From: Marsupella aquatica
Lineage: Eukaryota > Plantae > Marchantiophyta
Direction of reading: 5' to 3'
Assembly (NCBI GenBank): GCA_973895155.1
Contig: OZ316898.1
Coordinates: 746,751-810,750, forward strand
DNA: 64,000 nucleotides
A program made the translations under genes and the position numbers. Positions 1-11,599 of the stretch are shown in pieces; the stretch's first letter is position 1, and each line of letters starts with the position of its first letter. The notes beneath the pieces are model-generated. The model was given only the letters and a program-made list of their open reading frames with translations, was not told where the DNA came from and did not search any database.

Positions 1-3000
1 ATCTCAACACATTTTGTTGAGGTCAAGAATCAATAGCTTCCGTCTGATCGGACCGTGAAGTGGAGGCAAGGGTCCTGCAAAGAAGGAACACCAATGTTAG
101 AATTGTGAGAGATAAAATAGAGGAATGTTCGAGATAATCTCAAGCATCACAAGTGAATGTACAACAGTCAACATCATACCTATTGTTGGTTGAAGATTAG
201 TAGTTGAAGAAATCTCAGGACATCTTCGGAGATTATTGTTGACGCACTCCACAACTGGTAAGGGCCCGCCTATTTCTGTGAAGATAGACATAATAATTTA
301 GACAACTGAATTTCAGGACTGTTCAAACTAACTTGGGTTTCAACCTCACGTGCTGAAAGACCCAAATTCATCTAGAAGGTTATCTCCTAGTTGGTTTTGG
401 ATGTCCAAATTTATCCCTTCGGGAAGGGTCTCAACAAGAGCTGGCTCAGACCAAAGTGGCACTAATTTGAACTTATCCTTCCTATACTTTCTAGATCAAA
501 TAATCTTCTCAGACTGCTCTATACTGACTTATTGACCTTTTGACAGTCCATCAGTCCAGACATAATGAGTAGCACTTGCTTTGAGTGATTTGTAACCAGT
601 TCTACCGATTTCAGTCCCCGGTTTCCTAACAAAAGGGAGAATTACAGGGCTTCCAATAGAAGAATCTGTGAGAACAAGCTTATTCTCTGAAGCGCAAAAC
701 ATTTGGTCCAAGGGAGAGGACGATGCACCTGCCTCGTCCTGAGGGGGAGTATGGCCCAGCGACTAGCTTTCTTAGTAGAGAGAATCTCATCCAGTTGAGG
801 AGGGCTTGGAATTGGTTGGCTAACTGCGTCCTGCAAGGTGGATTCCCAGCCAACATCCAAGGTTGAAGACTGTTGTTCACGTTGTGCGTCTCCAAGGCCA
901 CCCGATGAAGGAACACCTGGAAGGTCAAGATCATCTCGAGCATCATTTCCAAATTCAGGCAATATTTCACCCTCCTCTTCCATGTAGCTTGGGATTTTCA
1001 GGCCCTCCATTTTGCGATGCTCTAAATTCTTCGCAAATACTTCCTCAAAAACACTGGCTTCCACCGGAGCTATGTCTGAGGCAAGGCCCCAAAGGCCTTT
1101 GAAGGCCCCAAGGCCTTTGAAGGCCCCAAGGCTATTCAAAGGCAAGACTGTGAAGTCTTTGTCCCACTTCTCACTGTAGTTCCAAAACGCATAAAAGTCA
1201 TCAAAGAAAATTTGGGACCAGTCTGGTTCCTCTTCACAACAAATTCCCCCAAAGATGATTGAGTCTCGGGCTCCAATGAGAAAATCTCCCTCCTCCTTGG
1301 GCAGCTGATCACGGTAGTAGCTCCCGTACTCCAACTTTGTGTGGACTTTCTTCTCACGACGAATATTTTCAAAGACACTCTGAATCTGGCCTATCAATGG
1401 GCCTTGACGGAAAAAAAACATTACCAAGAGCTCCGTCGAGTTTGCCATCTGTAAACAATACTCCAGCAAGACAAAAATTTCGGCATTTGTCCACTGCCGT
1501 TGTCGAAGATGACCAAAATTGACAATGGAAAGTGGGCACGTCCTTTGCACCAAGTCAACAATCTCAGGCTTCATTGTCCTCATCAAATTATCGCTAAAAA
1601 ATGTGCGATAAGGAGTATCCTCCATTGAAGGCATCCTACCAAATACCTTGCAATATATCTGCTCAAGCCTAACAATGAGACTTTGCGGAAATGGGTCTTT
1701 TGGCCTATTTCTTTTTAGGAGGTTGGAAATCCAAACCTCTCCAGCAAGTTGTCTAAGTTTGGGCAACTCACCACGATCCATAAATGCAGACAAATATTGA
1801 GTTAGCTCAAACTAAGTGAGTGAATTGGCAAACCGATCCGGATACTTCAAGATGAAGTTCTCCACAATTTTTGCCCTCAACTTGGTCATGACTTTGAAAG
1901 TATGAGCCATATCACTCATTGATTGAACATCAGATTTGTTGTCTAGGTCTTTCTTCAATAAAACCTTCTGATGTTGAACGGCAGTAAAAACTTTCAGAAT
2001 GTTGTCACTACTCAGGTCTCCTTCAAAGCATCTAAACAATGTCGGCGTAATCATTTTGTTGTCCAGGATTTCCCGTTTATTTTTGAACCTAACTCCCCTA
2101 GACCATCTGGAAAGTCCCTTGACCCAATCGATGCACATTTGTCTCCAAGACTGGAAGAGGTTCTCTTCCAAAAAAAGCAACCAAAAAATATTCCTCAGAT
2201 CGGATTTTCCAGTCGTTATTTTGGCCAAGGCCATAAAATCTTGATCCAAACAGTACAAAGAAAATCTGAGGCTCGAGACGATCTCGAGGTAGAATTAAGG
2301 AACTATGTTGAAATTTATCGGAGAATACATGAAGATAAATCAAATACATAAACTTGACCTCGAGGCTTGAGAAAATCTCGAGCTAGAAGTGGATTTGAGT
2401 TTGAATATACCTGGAACTTTTGATGATCCGTTAGTCTATTGGACCCAATCACGGGTCTCTCTCGACGGCCACACTCGTCAAACTATCGACGGGCATGGAC
2501 CATAGTATCAAGAAAACAAGACTCATACTCCATGGTCTTATAACAGCATTTGCCCTTTGTGAGTGTTGAGCAAGTATTGTTCTTGGAGTTTTGTCCTAAA
2601 GAATTTGTGACTTTCGATACTGCAGACTCTTCGCGACCTCCTTCAACTTTGCATCGCTCTTAGCCCAACCTATGATCCAAATAACTGCCTTTGCCGAGTG
2701 TTGTCCACTAATTGCAAGGAACTGCACCTTCTTATTCTTAACACCCCACTCAAACTCCTTTCGATCCTCAGGAGTATTCTCATAATGGAGCAACTACGAA
2801 CTCTCTCTTGAATACGGAATTAAATCCGCCACAGCTGGTACCATTCCACGGTTTTTAACCATGGATTTCGCGACCTCCATGCCATGGTCTTTATTGAACA
2901 TCCTATATACCAATACTGCAAAAGGCGAATCTATACTAGTGACAGGTATGTCAAAAGTTTCATTCATGCCAAATATGTAATACTCCTCAGTCTCCTTAAG

Positions 3001-5067
3001 AACTTTGGCTCCTTCTTTAACGCTCTTTTCTCCCGGAGCATCTCCTGGAGTGCCGTCATCATCGGTATGTGCAATCACACCCGAGGAAGATGCCAAAATG
3101 AGATCTACATTGGGCGGTGTAGACTTTTTTGGCGGATGAGCCTTCTTCGCTTTGCTTTCGGGTTTGTCAACCCTCTTCCTCTTTTGAGACACCTTTGCTT
3201 CCTTTTTGTCCAAACCGGAGGTCTTGTCTCCTGCAGCTATGGATTTCACTTTACCTGTTTGTCTCCGATGAGACAACACCCACTTTTTACAAGCATCCTC
3301 GTCAAATTCTCCGGCTCCAAACACAAAATCAAGGGATATGGATTCAAACTCCCCCAATTTTGATTCCGACATTAGTCTCAAAACCTTCCACGTGAAAGGA
3401 GTCATGAATGCATCATCACGATCAAACCCATACTTTCAACAATAAAGTAATCCAAAAATTATGTCGGCTCCAGATATAGGACTATCTTCAAGCAAATTAC
3501 TTGCAGTAAAACCCTCGGGGAAGAACCCCATTGATATTACGCTCAATTGTTTCCTGGCTGCATGTTCAATGTTAAGATCGCAAGAGTAGTTTTTGGCGTG
3601 AAGCCTAATTAAAGCCCACTTCCCTGTCTCGTGGTTCTCCACCGTCAAAACCATGTCCTTACCGTTACTCGTCACAATAGAAACAACAGGCCCTAATAGG
3701 CTGCACACCAGAGGATCGACTGATGGAGACCTCGTCTTCACACAAATAATAGTTCCTTCCATGTCTTCAATTTCAGCAAGCTCAATGGCCCAACAGAATC
3801 CAAATTGACCTTGTCCAGGGCAGGAAACCTCAATTGCATGTTCATCTTGACTACCAAATTAGGCGATCCCAATTTCGCACCTGGTACAGCCAAAATGGTG
3901 CAATTGTCAGAAACATGTACCACAAAACCAAGAAACAAATAGGAGGCTCAAGATGATCTCGATCTTCCTTCATTATTAGGACAGCTGAGCCGACGGTTTG
4001 TGCATATGCACTGTAGTCTGACATGTTCCAATGCCACATCTCACCCGGGGAATTTGAAAAGAGATTTCAACCCCAAGAAATCTAAAAAGAGAACACAATA
4101 GTCAGGAACTACAAGAGGCTCGAGATGATCTCGAGCCACCATCTGTTTAAAAGAAAAATACAAGGGCTCAAGATGATCTTGATCCTCAGATATATCAGTT
4201 GAGGTTTTATTCCATTGCATACATAAATCAGTCAAAAATGATCCAATGTCACCTATTCGACCACATTCAAAACCCTCTAACTCAGTGGTTTGTCATCTTC
4301 AAAAACAAGTTGGAGGACTAAGAAAGTGGTCCACAAGGCAATGTTGGATCACATTGGATAGGATATTAGTAATTGGAGTAGACGACATGGAGTCCTTCCA
4401 ACTGGAAGAAATCGGTCAAGGGATACGAATGAACATAATGGAAGATGGTGATGAATATGTTTGGCTCGAGATGATCTCGAGCCTAACATCTCAAACGAGT
4501 GATCCAAATATTATATTCAACAATGAACATCATATTCAATCAATGATTAAAATCCACTTTCTCCATTGACTTCTCATACGCACAAACCCATTCGGATGTC
4601 AATGATCAGAACGAGTTGGAGGGTAGAGAAGTCCCTGGAGGAAGGAAATTTTAGATATTTTGGATATGATGTTCACTTTTGAATTATAAGAGCTTGAAGA
4701 AATCTGACTAGGTAACATGCAGGAAATGGATATTGGCTCGAGACGATCTCGAGCCTCATGCCACTTACATCAAATGCAAAATCACTTGATATCACAAACT
4801 TTTGAAGCAAAGTAATGCAGAAAACATCAATAGGCTCGAGATGATCTCGAGCCTCAACTGCATCTAAGGAATCCAGAAACAAGTGGACCAATTGAAGCTC
4901 GAGACAATCTCGAGTTAAACTTGAACAATGAACAAAGATGATGAATTACGTTTAATGGTGCGATGGATCTGATGCGCTGAGTCTAGATGGGTCTGAAGCT
5001 CATCCCCAACCGTTACAAGGTTGTACTCAACGAAGTCCTCCTTGGAGAAATCTACAATAGTCGACAT
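1..5067 (-). pseudogene. Transposon accessory gene, multi-exon and decayed, containing a ParB/Srx-like domain (~2410-2975)
   Basis: ORFs 2794-3405 and 2596-2793 are in frame, separated by a single TAG. ORFs 1812-2258 and 642-1793 are likewise in frame across one TAG. Motif order FDIPVTSI..R..EVAKSM..G...FLAISGQHS..A...ILAQHSQRAN fits the ParB N-terminal fold. GT donor at ~2410; probable ATG at 5067 (MSTIVDFSKEDF). Upstream exon structure uncertain. Confidence 0.6.
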
Positions 5068-5930
5068 GGCTGGTGAAGAGAGGAACGTACTACGGGCTGA
5101 GAACTTAAAAACAAATCTTGAGCCTAAACACAAAATCTTGACCCTATAAAATCTCGAGGAAAAAAAATAATCTCGACCCTCTAATATCTCGAGGCTAATA
5201 CAAGCATCTCGAGGCAAGAGCGCAAAAAAATCTAGAGGCAAGGGACGCGAGGAGACGAGGAGGCGAGGAGGCAAATGTGAAAATGGGGAGTTCAAAACCC
5301 TGAAGCCACTATAAGCCCCTCGGGGGTCGGCCTTGGCCGTGCCAAGCGTGCCACGGGCTCGTGCAGGCTCAAGTAGGCTGCCACGCAACCTGCTGGGTGC
5401 GTACAGTCATTATTACGGTCACACGTGTTGTCATTATTGTTATCCGTACTTCAGCTCTGCCACGAGTTTAGCCGTGCCACAAGTTCAACCAAGCCGTCTG
5501 ATTGGCCTTTTTGTCAGTCAGGATTTTATATATTGCTTCTCTTTGCTCTCCAGCGGGTCATTCTTCTCATTTCGTTTCATTGCTCGCTCGTTGCTCCCTT
5601 TGCCTCTCTCTACTCTCTCTCTCCCTCTCCCTCTCCCTCTCCCTCTCTTTGGCTCTAGATTTCTGCTCTGATCTTTTTCTATCGTTATTTTTAAGGGTTG
5701 TGGACTCTATGTTTGTGTTTAGGATATGTCGAGACATTATCATTTTAAGCTCTGAAGGAGGTCTAAAATAATTGAGCTCCTATCTTTTAGAAAACCAAAC
5801 CTTTTCAGCTTATACTAATGTCGGTCAAAATCCATTTGGAAGTCTTTTCCCTCTATTTGATGGCCTTTTAGAAGCTATTTCTCAGTAAACTGGGAGCTAC
5901 TTTCTTAATTGCACCAAATCATACCTCTAG
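5068..5930. promoter_or_regulatory. Probable bidirectional promoter/5' UTR region of the transposon
   Basis: Lies between the divergent genes. GC-rich core with repeated TGCCAC/GTGCCA boxes (5339-5480), a GA-rich tract on the left (5240-5275) and a CT microsatellite on the right (5604-5650), as expected for outward-facing plant 5' UTR pyrimidine tracts. Confidence 0.45.
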
Positions 5931-5947
5931 ATCATCTAGAGCCATTT

Positions 5948-6585
5948 GGCCTCATTCACAATTGGAGGACCCAAAAGGAACGTCGCACTCAAAAATGACC
6001 ATAGTTTATTATGTTTTAGGATATCATTTGTAGGGTGTAATGAGATGATATAGAAAATTTGATGTACTATACTTAATAAACATCCTGTAGGTTGGTAACA
6101 TTCATTAAACTATCTAGCATTTGAGACTTTGAAGCTTTCCTTATATGTCCTTCAAAGATTGATAAAAGGACTTGTCACGCAACGGGTCACATCCTTTCGG
6201 GACTCAGAAGGACTCTAAAAAATGCATTTTAGACAATGAAATTTTACCAAAGCATGAATACTAATAGAATAATCTTATATTTCAAAACTCAAATATTGAC
6301 ACACACTAAACCTTTATGTACAGGACAAAAATAATCAGTAATTTTGGCTTATTTAGGGCCATCAATAATAGGATCCCTTAAAACAGTTGAAAACTTGATT
6401 TATCTACATGGTGAGGTAGGTAACACCATGTAAAATAGTCTTGTGAAAAAATTAGACTTATATGTCTTGAGATAAAATCATGATGGTGCTTTTTCCATGT
6501 TACAAAAGTTATTTTTCACTAAAAAAGCATGTTTTTGAGTCCTGAATGTGGTTCCTGCGAGGTACACCCAATTGTGAATGAGGCC
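5948..6585 (+). mobile_element. MITE family A copy 1 (638 bp, 18-bp TIR, 4-bp TSD)
   Basis: Perfect TIR GGCCTCATTCACAATTGG...CCAATTGTGAATGAGGCC; TSD ATTT at 5944-5947 and 6586-6589; near-identical inverted copy at 53983-54620. Confidence 0.95.
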
Positions 6586-7040
6586 ATTTATATGTTCTTA
6601 TTTTGGGTGGCTTATTATTCATAATAGTATCTTTGTCAAATACAATTTCCTTTTTGGCTCGAGATCATCTCAAGTCATAAGTTTGATCCTCAAAATTATT
6701 AACTTTTGCTTTCTATCTAATCGTGCATTCGGTTGTCCTTGTTCTAATTGGGTTTGTAGATAGTCGAAGGTATAGAATCTGAATTCGCTATTTAGTGAGA
6801 TTTCATATTCTACCTCAAGATCATCTCGAGCTAGATACTTCTGAATTTTTACATATTGGTGTTTTTGTCCCTCTTCTACCTCAAGATCGTCTCGAGGTAG
6901 AAGAGTTTCTTATTTTCTCTATCACACAGTTTTTTGGGATAAACTTCTACACTTGGGTTTTTTGGTTTGTTTTTGTAGTCACTTTACCTCGAGATCATCT
7001 CGAGGTAACTACATCCAACGGTTTGGACCACGGTTTCAAA

Positions 7041-10000
7041 ATGGGGATTTTCTTTCGAGGGGACGAGCTTTGCCTCATAATCGACGGAGTAGAAGTTGCT
7101 TGCAGGACCGTCCTCAAGGTTGACCCGGGTGACTCAGTGCGTAATGTTGATTTGGGAAGTAATCGTATTGGAGTTCTCATTGAGAAGTGCTATGAGGGAT
7201 CATGGGAAATTCCTTACCCTTTGCCACCGATCAGGACCCTGTTTGATGCAGTTGACTCCTACATTATTTGGGATGCCTCTTTTGCATATTTGAAGTCACA
7301 ATCAACTCCAACGACAACACAAATGGATGCCTCTTGTTCTACAAAGGATACGGTTCCCGGTTTTGTACCAGACAAATCTTCGGTGGGAAGTTTGGGAGAC
7401 TCAATTATATCTGGCCATGAAGTCGAGCTCTGGATTGGCAATCAGATTGTGGCTTGTGGATTTGTATTCAAGACAAATCCCGATGAGACCTGTCACAATG
7501 AAAGACTTGGCACTTCTAGGATTAGTGTGAAAATATGTGAAGTTTTTCAAGGAAGGGAGAGGTTACCCTTTCCTCACGTTGGAGCCGATACCATTCAGGA
7601 AGCATTGGACACTTTTGTATTCTGGAATTTAAAGGATGTTACTCGGAGGAGTTCTTCCCAGGATATACTAAACGACCTGTCCACACGGGATGTTTTTGGA
7701 AATTATAATTTCAAGGATTATAGTTTGCGTTCTAATTGGATGACCGAGGAGGTGGAATTGTATGCTGAGGATAATCGCACCAAAGTGGGGGTTGGCATCA
7801 TCACAATGCCTTTCGAGTCAAGTGAAATTGATGATGAGGTTCTTGGGCCAGCTCACGTTGGGGTTGCAGTCACACGCGTGATTGACCCTCTATTTTTCCC
7901 AAATATCTCCCCAGGAGTGCCTGGTCTTGTTAGGTGGGCCGTCCGTTCACTTCTACTGATTCAAGGGGTATTTTTCTTCTGGATCTCATTGAAGAGGTTT
8001 CTCCGAAACCAATTATTGATGGTCGAGATCATCTAGAGGTAGATATGAAAGGTGACACTGAGTTTTCAAAGCGCCCGTATAATTTCATCAAGAGAACGAA
8101 GGTTAACCCAGATGAAAAAAGGAAGAAGCACTTGGAGTCTCAGGCAATACTGAAAATCACAGAGGAGGAAATTGACTCCATCCAAAGAGAAGGTTGTTGT
8201 AAGTTGAAGTGTTGCCTCAACATGCCGAGAGAAGACCTACAGGCGATAAGGAGGGAATACCATGGGATGTCAAGCGACAACAAAACCAGTCACATTCTCA
8301 CTCTTTTTGGCTGTAGGGAGAAGGAAGTGGTGACAAAAGGATATTTTGTTGTAAGAAGTAGACTTGTTTGCAAGGGTGCATTTATTAAAATGCATGGATT
8401 CAGCACTCCCAAGTATTATGATTACAAAAATCAATATGAAGCAGGTTGCACGGTTGGATTCCACGGAAACAAGGGTTCACACAAGACACGGGGAAGCACC
8501 TTGCACGCTCGTGCTTTGTTGGAGTCCATTCTAACCCAAAACGGAGAACCCATGCCGCATCTTCCCTATGGAGGGTCTCATGGTATTGACACGGTTGAGT
8601 ACAGACTTCCATCTTGTTTCACGAAGAAAGAGATTTTTGAGGAGGTATACTCAAAAATGGAATTAGATGGCTACGTGAAGGTGAGTGAAAACACTATGTA
8701 TAAACTCTGGAGTGAGTCCTTCATGAATTTTGACTTTCACAAGGGAAGTGCATTTGCAAAGTGTGCACTTTGCAGTGAGTTCAAAGATCAGTTGATGCGG
8801 GAGAAGAGAAAGAAAGAGCGTTTAGAGATTGAGGAAAGAAGAGCTCGCCATCTTCGTGAGCAAATGTCTAGGAGATATGTTTACTATGCTCATAGGTTTC
8901 TTGCGAAGAAGGATCCTGAGAACTATCTTTGCATTATACATGACAAGATGGACCAAGCCAAGACATGGATCCCTAGGTTGGTCCCCACTCCTAAATCATT
9001 GTCTGGTAGTGGTCAACCGCTCCCCATTGCGCTCACTGGGATGTTGACCCATAGAAGGGATCCCGGAGTGTATGCTCACTTCAGTTTCACTGGGCTTTGG
9101 CCGGGAGATGCAGACTTCACAGTGACATCATTGGCCAAGTGCCTTAGAGATCTGGAGGATTACAAGGGGGAAAAATCTGGAGACCTCCTTGAAGGATTAT
9201 ATTGGGCTGCAACGAGGCCAATTTTTCAATCTCTTTTGGACTTTGAAGCATTTCTCGCAAGTTACTTAGAACCCAAAAAAGTCTCAATTGCTAGATTTCA
9301 GGGAGCTGAAGATGACCAAGATCTTGGGTTATCAAATGTGGTGGATGACAACTTTGGTGTTGATCCCAAGGCTACGTCTACCTCTTTCAAACCATTGCCA
9401 AGGCACCTGACCTTGCAAATGGATAATTTAGGGAAAGATAACAAAAACCAGTACGTGATGGCATTTTGCAGTGAGCTTGTTAGTAGAGGGGTTTTTGAAA
9501 CAGTGCAGATGTCGTTTCTCATGGTTGGTCACACCCATGAGGATGTCGATGCATTGTTTTTGAAAGTATCCAACCAAGTGAAGTACAAGGAGGTTTCTAC
9601 CCTCTTGGGGTTGATGGCTGAGGTTTGGGAGTGTGAAAGCATTCATCCTGTCCCAGGTTGATCCAAGAGGTTGCAGCTTACAAAGAGTTTTTGAAAACTT
9701 TCAAGGTAAAAGACATAGAGGGCCACTCAAAACCAGTGGCATTTCTTTTCTCTATGAGAGATAATGTTCCAATATATCAATACAAAGCACATGTGAAACA
9801 ACCTTGGTACCCTCCAACCGGAAGGTCTATTTGGAGAACTGATTCCAACACCAATGCTCTCATTTTACCAGAAGGTCAACCGTTTGCAAAACCCATCTCC
9901 GGGGATGTACGAGGCAAGGTTGAAGAAATCATCCCATTCCTTAATCGTTACATTGAGTTTTTGAAGGAGAGTTGTAAGGATGAGACCTCTACAACATATC

Positions 10001-10750
10001 GTGAGCGGTTTCCTTTGGTGAAATATTGGGAGATGGTGGTGCAAGTATTATTTGGGGAGCTTACAATTGAAGGGGAGGCAGAAATATAGTTAGCATTGAC
10101 ATACGAGTTCTGGCCAAAAACCAACCACGAAACTGGTTACAAGGTTAATAGTACAGGAACCTCTGAACCATTGGGGGAGCCTAGTAGTAGTACACAAAAT
10201 CCAGAAATGGTGGAGCTTCAGAATGAGTACCTGGAAGAGATGGAGGATCAAGCTGCAACATTTGTTGGCGCTCGACACGAGCAAGAACTTGCACGTTGGA
10301 TTCCTCTGCAGGACATTCAAGAGGGTCACTTTATATTTCTCCGTCCAGAGGATGAATGGGAAAAGAAGAATGGGAAAGAACGTTTCTGGTTGGTGAGAGC
10401 TTTGGGTGTTGTGGACCAAACCATGAAGTTCCTTTGAACAGGAGATTTGCAATGCAATGAGAATTCTCCTACTAGTACACGGTATGCTCCTATGTTCCAA
10501 GTGCAATGGTGGAGGCCTAAACATGGTAAGCATGATGCACCGGATCATGTGTGATATTCACGTTGCCTTCAGACCACTAAGACTTGGGAGGTGGATCCTG
10601 GGTTTGACAGTGCCACTAAACGTTGGCAATTTGCTAATTCTGCTATGTATGGATTCAAGTCACGCTCTAGAGAATAAAATATAATTGATAGAGGTTTGAC
10701 CATTCCCAAGAATGTTTTGAAAACACTCAAAACTACATGGAAGGGATTGT
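7041..10750 (+). pseudogene. Sola-like DDE transposase with 3 N-terminal TNP1/En/Spm-like domains, CxxC/H zinc motif and C-terminal BAH/SH3-like segment; frameshifted
   Basis: ORFs 6795-8036, 7934-9661, 9658-10089 and 10096-10437 are joined by frameshifts (~7960, ~9655) and premature stops. Motifs: FAKCALC..H, LCIIHDKMDQ (D1), LQMDNLGKDNKN (D2), FLMVGHTHEDVDALF (D3). Three repeats of V(A/G)xG..LG...V.I...(LP.P)..W at the N-terminus. Confidence 0.8.
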
Positions 10751-10786
10751 TGAGTAAGTCAAATGTTTTTTAGTAGTCACTATGTC

Positions 10787-10918
10787 AAAGTGAGGGAGTC
10801 TATGTCAATTAGTTTGGAATTAGACATGTCAGAGTGAGGGAGTCTATGTCAATTAGTTTGGAATTAGACATGTTAGAGTGAGGGAGTCTATGTCAATTAG
10901 TTTGGAATCAGACATGTC
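10787..10918. repeat. 44-bp tandem repeat x3
   Basis: Unit AGAGTGAGGGAGTCTATGTCAATTAGTTTGGAATTAGACATGTC repeated three times just downstream of the transposase. Confidence 0.9.
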
Positions 10919-11460
10919 TTTAGTACTTACTGTTGGTTAGTACTAAGTAGTATATCTATTTAAGTAACTAATTATTATAATATTTTGGGATACTAGTTTG
11001 AATAGGTGGAGGTAATTGAACTTGGATACCTTTATAATTGCTTTAATTAATTATTATATCAATACAGACTATATATTACATGAAGTCTTAATATCCATGA
11101 TAGGATGTGACTGCCTCTTACTAGTAAACCTCAGTTTCAACTTGAGTTGCTTAGAATGTAACAAATTACTTGAATGTCTGAATGGATAGTAAGCCAGGTA
11201 TCATTCAAATTTAATATATTAAATGCTCTCAATTAGTAACTAAGTAGAAGGTTAATTTAGCTAGCTAAGGGTAGAGATCATATTGAAGCTTTACTAGTTA
11301 TATGGGTAGAGATCATATTGAAGCTTTACTAGACAGTTATATTCTATTAGTCAGATTGAATCAATGTAAGTAAGTTGAACTACTTCTTATCCAATATATT
11401 TTACATTATTATCACCCAAATGTTTTTCTTTAGAATCAAAATTAATATTTCATTTTCTCC

Positions 11461-11556
11461 TATGTACAATCTTGATCCCCCAAATGTACAACTCCCACTG
11501 CCCAAATGTACAATTCTTGTGCCCAGATATATATTTTTTGGTGCCTAAATGTCCAA
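11461..11556. repeat. Short ~22-bp-period repeats (CCCAAATGTACAA), probable subterminal repeats
   Basis: Four to five degenerate copies immediately before the sequence changes character at ~11600. Confidence 0.5.
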
Positions 11557-11599
11557 AGATCAAAGAATTTTCCAGTTTTAATGAATAGACTGATTGAGG

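Larger units (their letters stand above)
924..8038. repeat. Dispersed 17-bp palindrome CTCGAGA-(TCA/TCG)-TCTCGAG, ~17 copies
   Basis: Exact or 1-3 mismatch copies start at 924, 2272, 2366, 3947, 4119, 4167, 4465, 4737, 4835, 4898, 5925, 6658, 6814, 6880, 6988 and 8022, with a cluster of ATCTCGAG half-sites at 5151-5240. Visible in the ORF track as recurring RDHLE/QDHLE peptides. Confidence 0.95.

Noticed and set aside
3947-4914. Palindromic repeats with unique intervening sequence, superficially CRISPR-like
   Set aside because: Spacing is irregular (tens to hundreds of bp), the repeats are only 17 bp, the context is eukaryotic and there are no cas genes.
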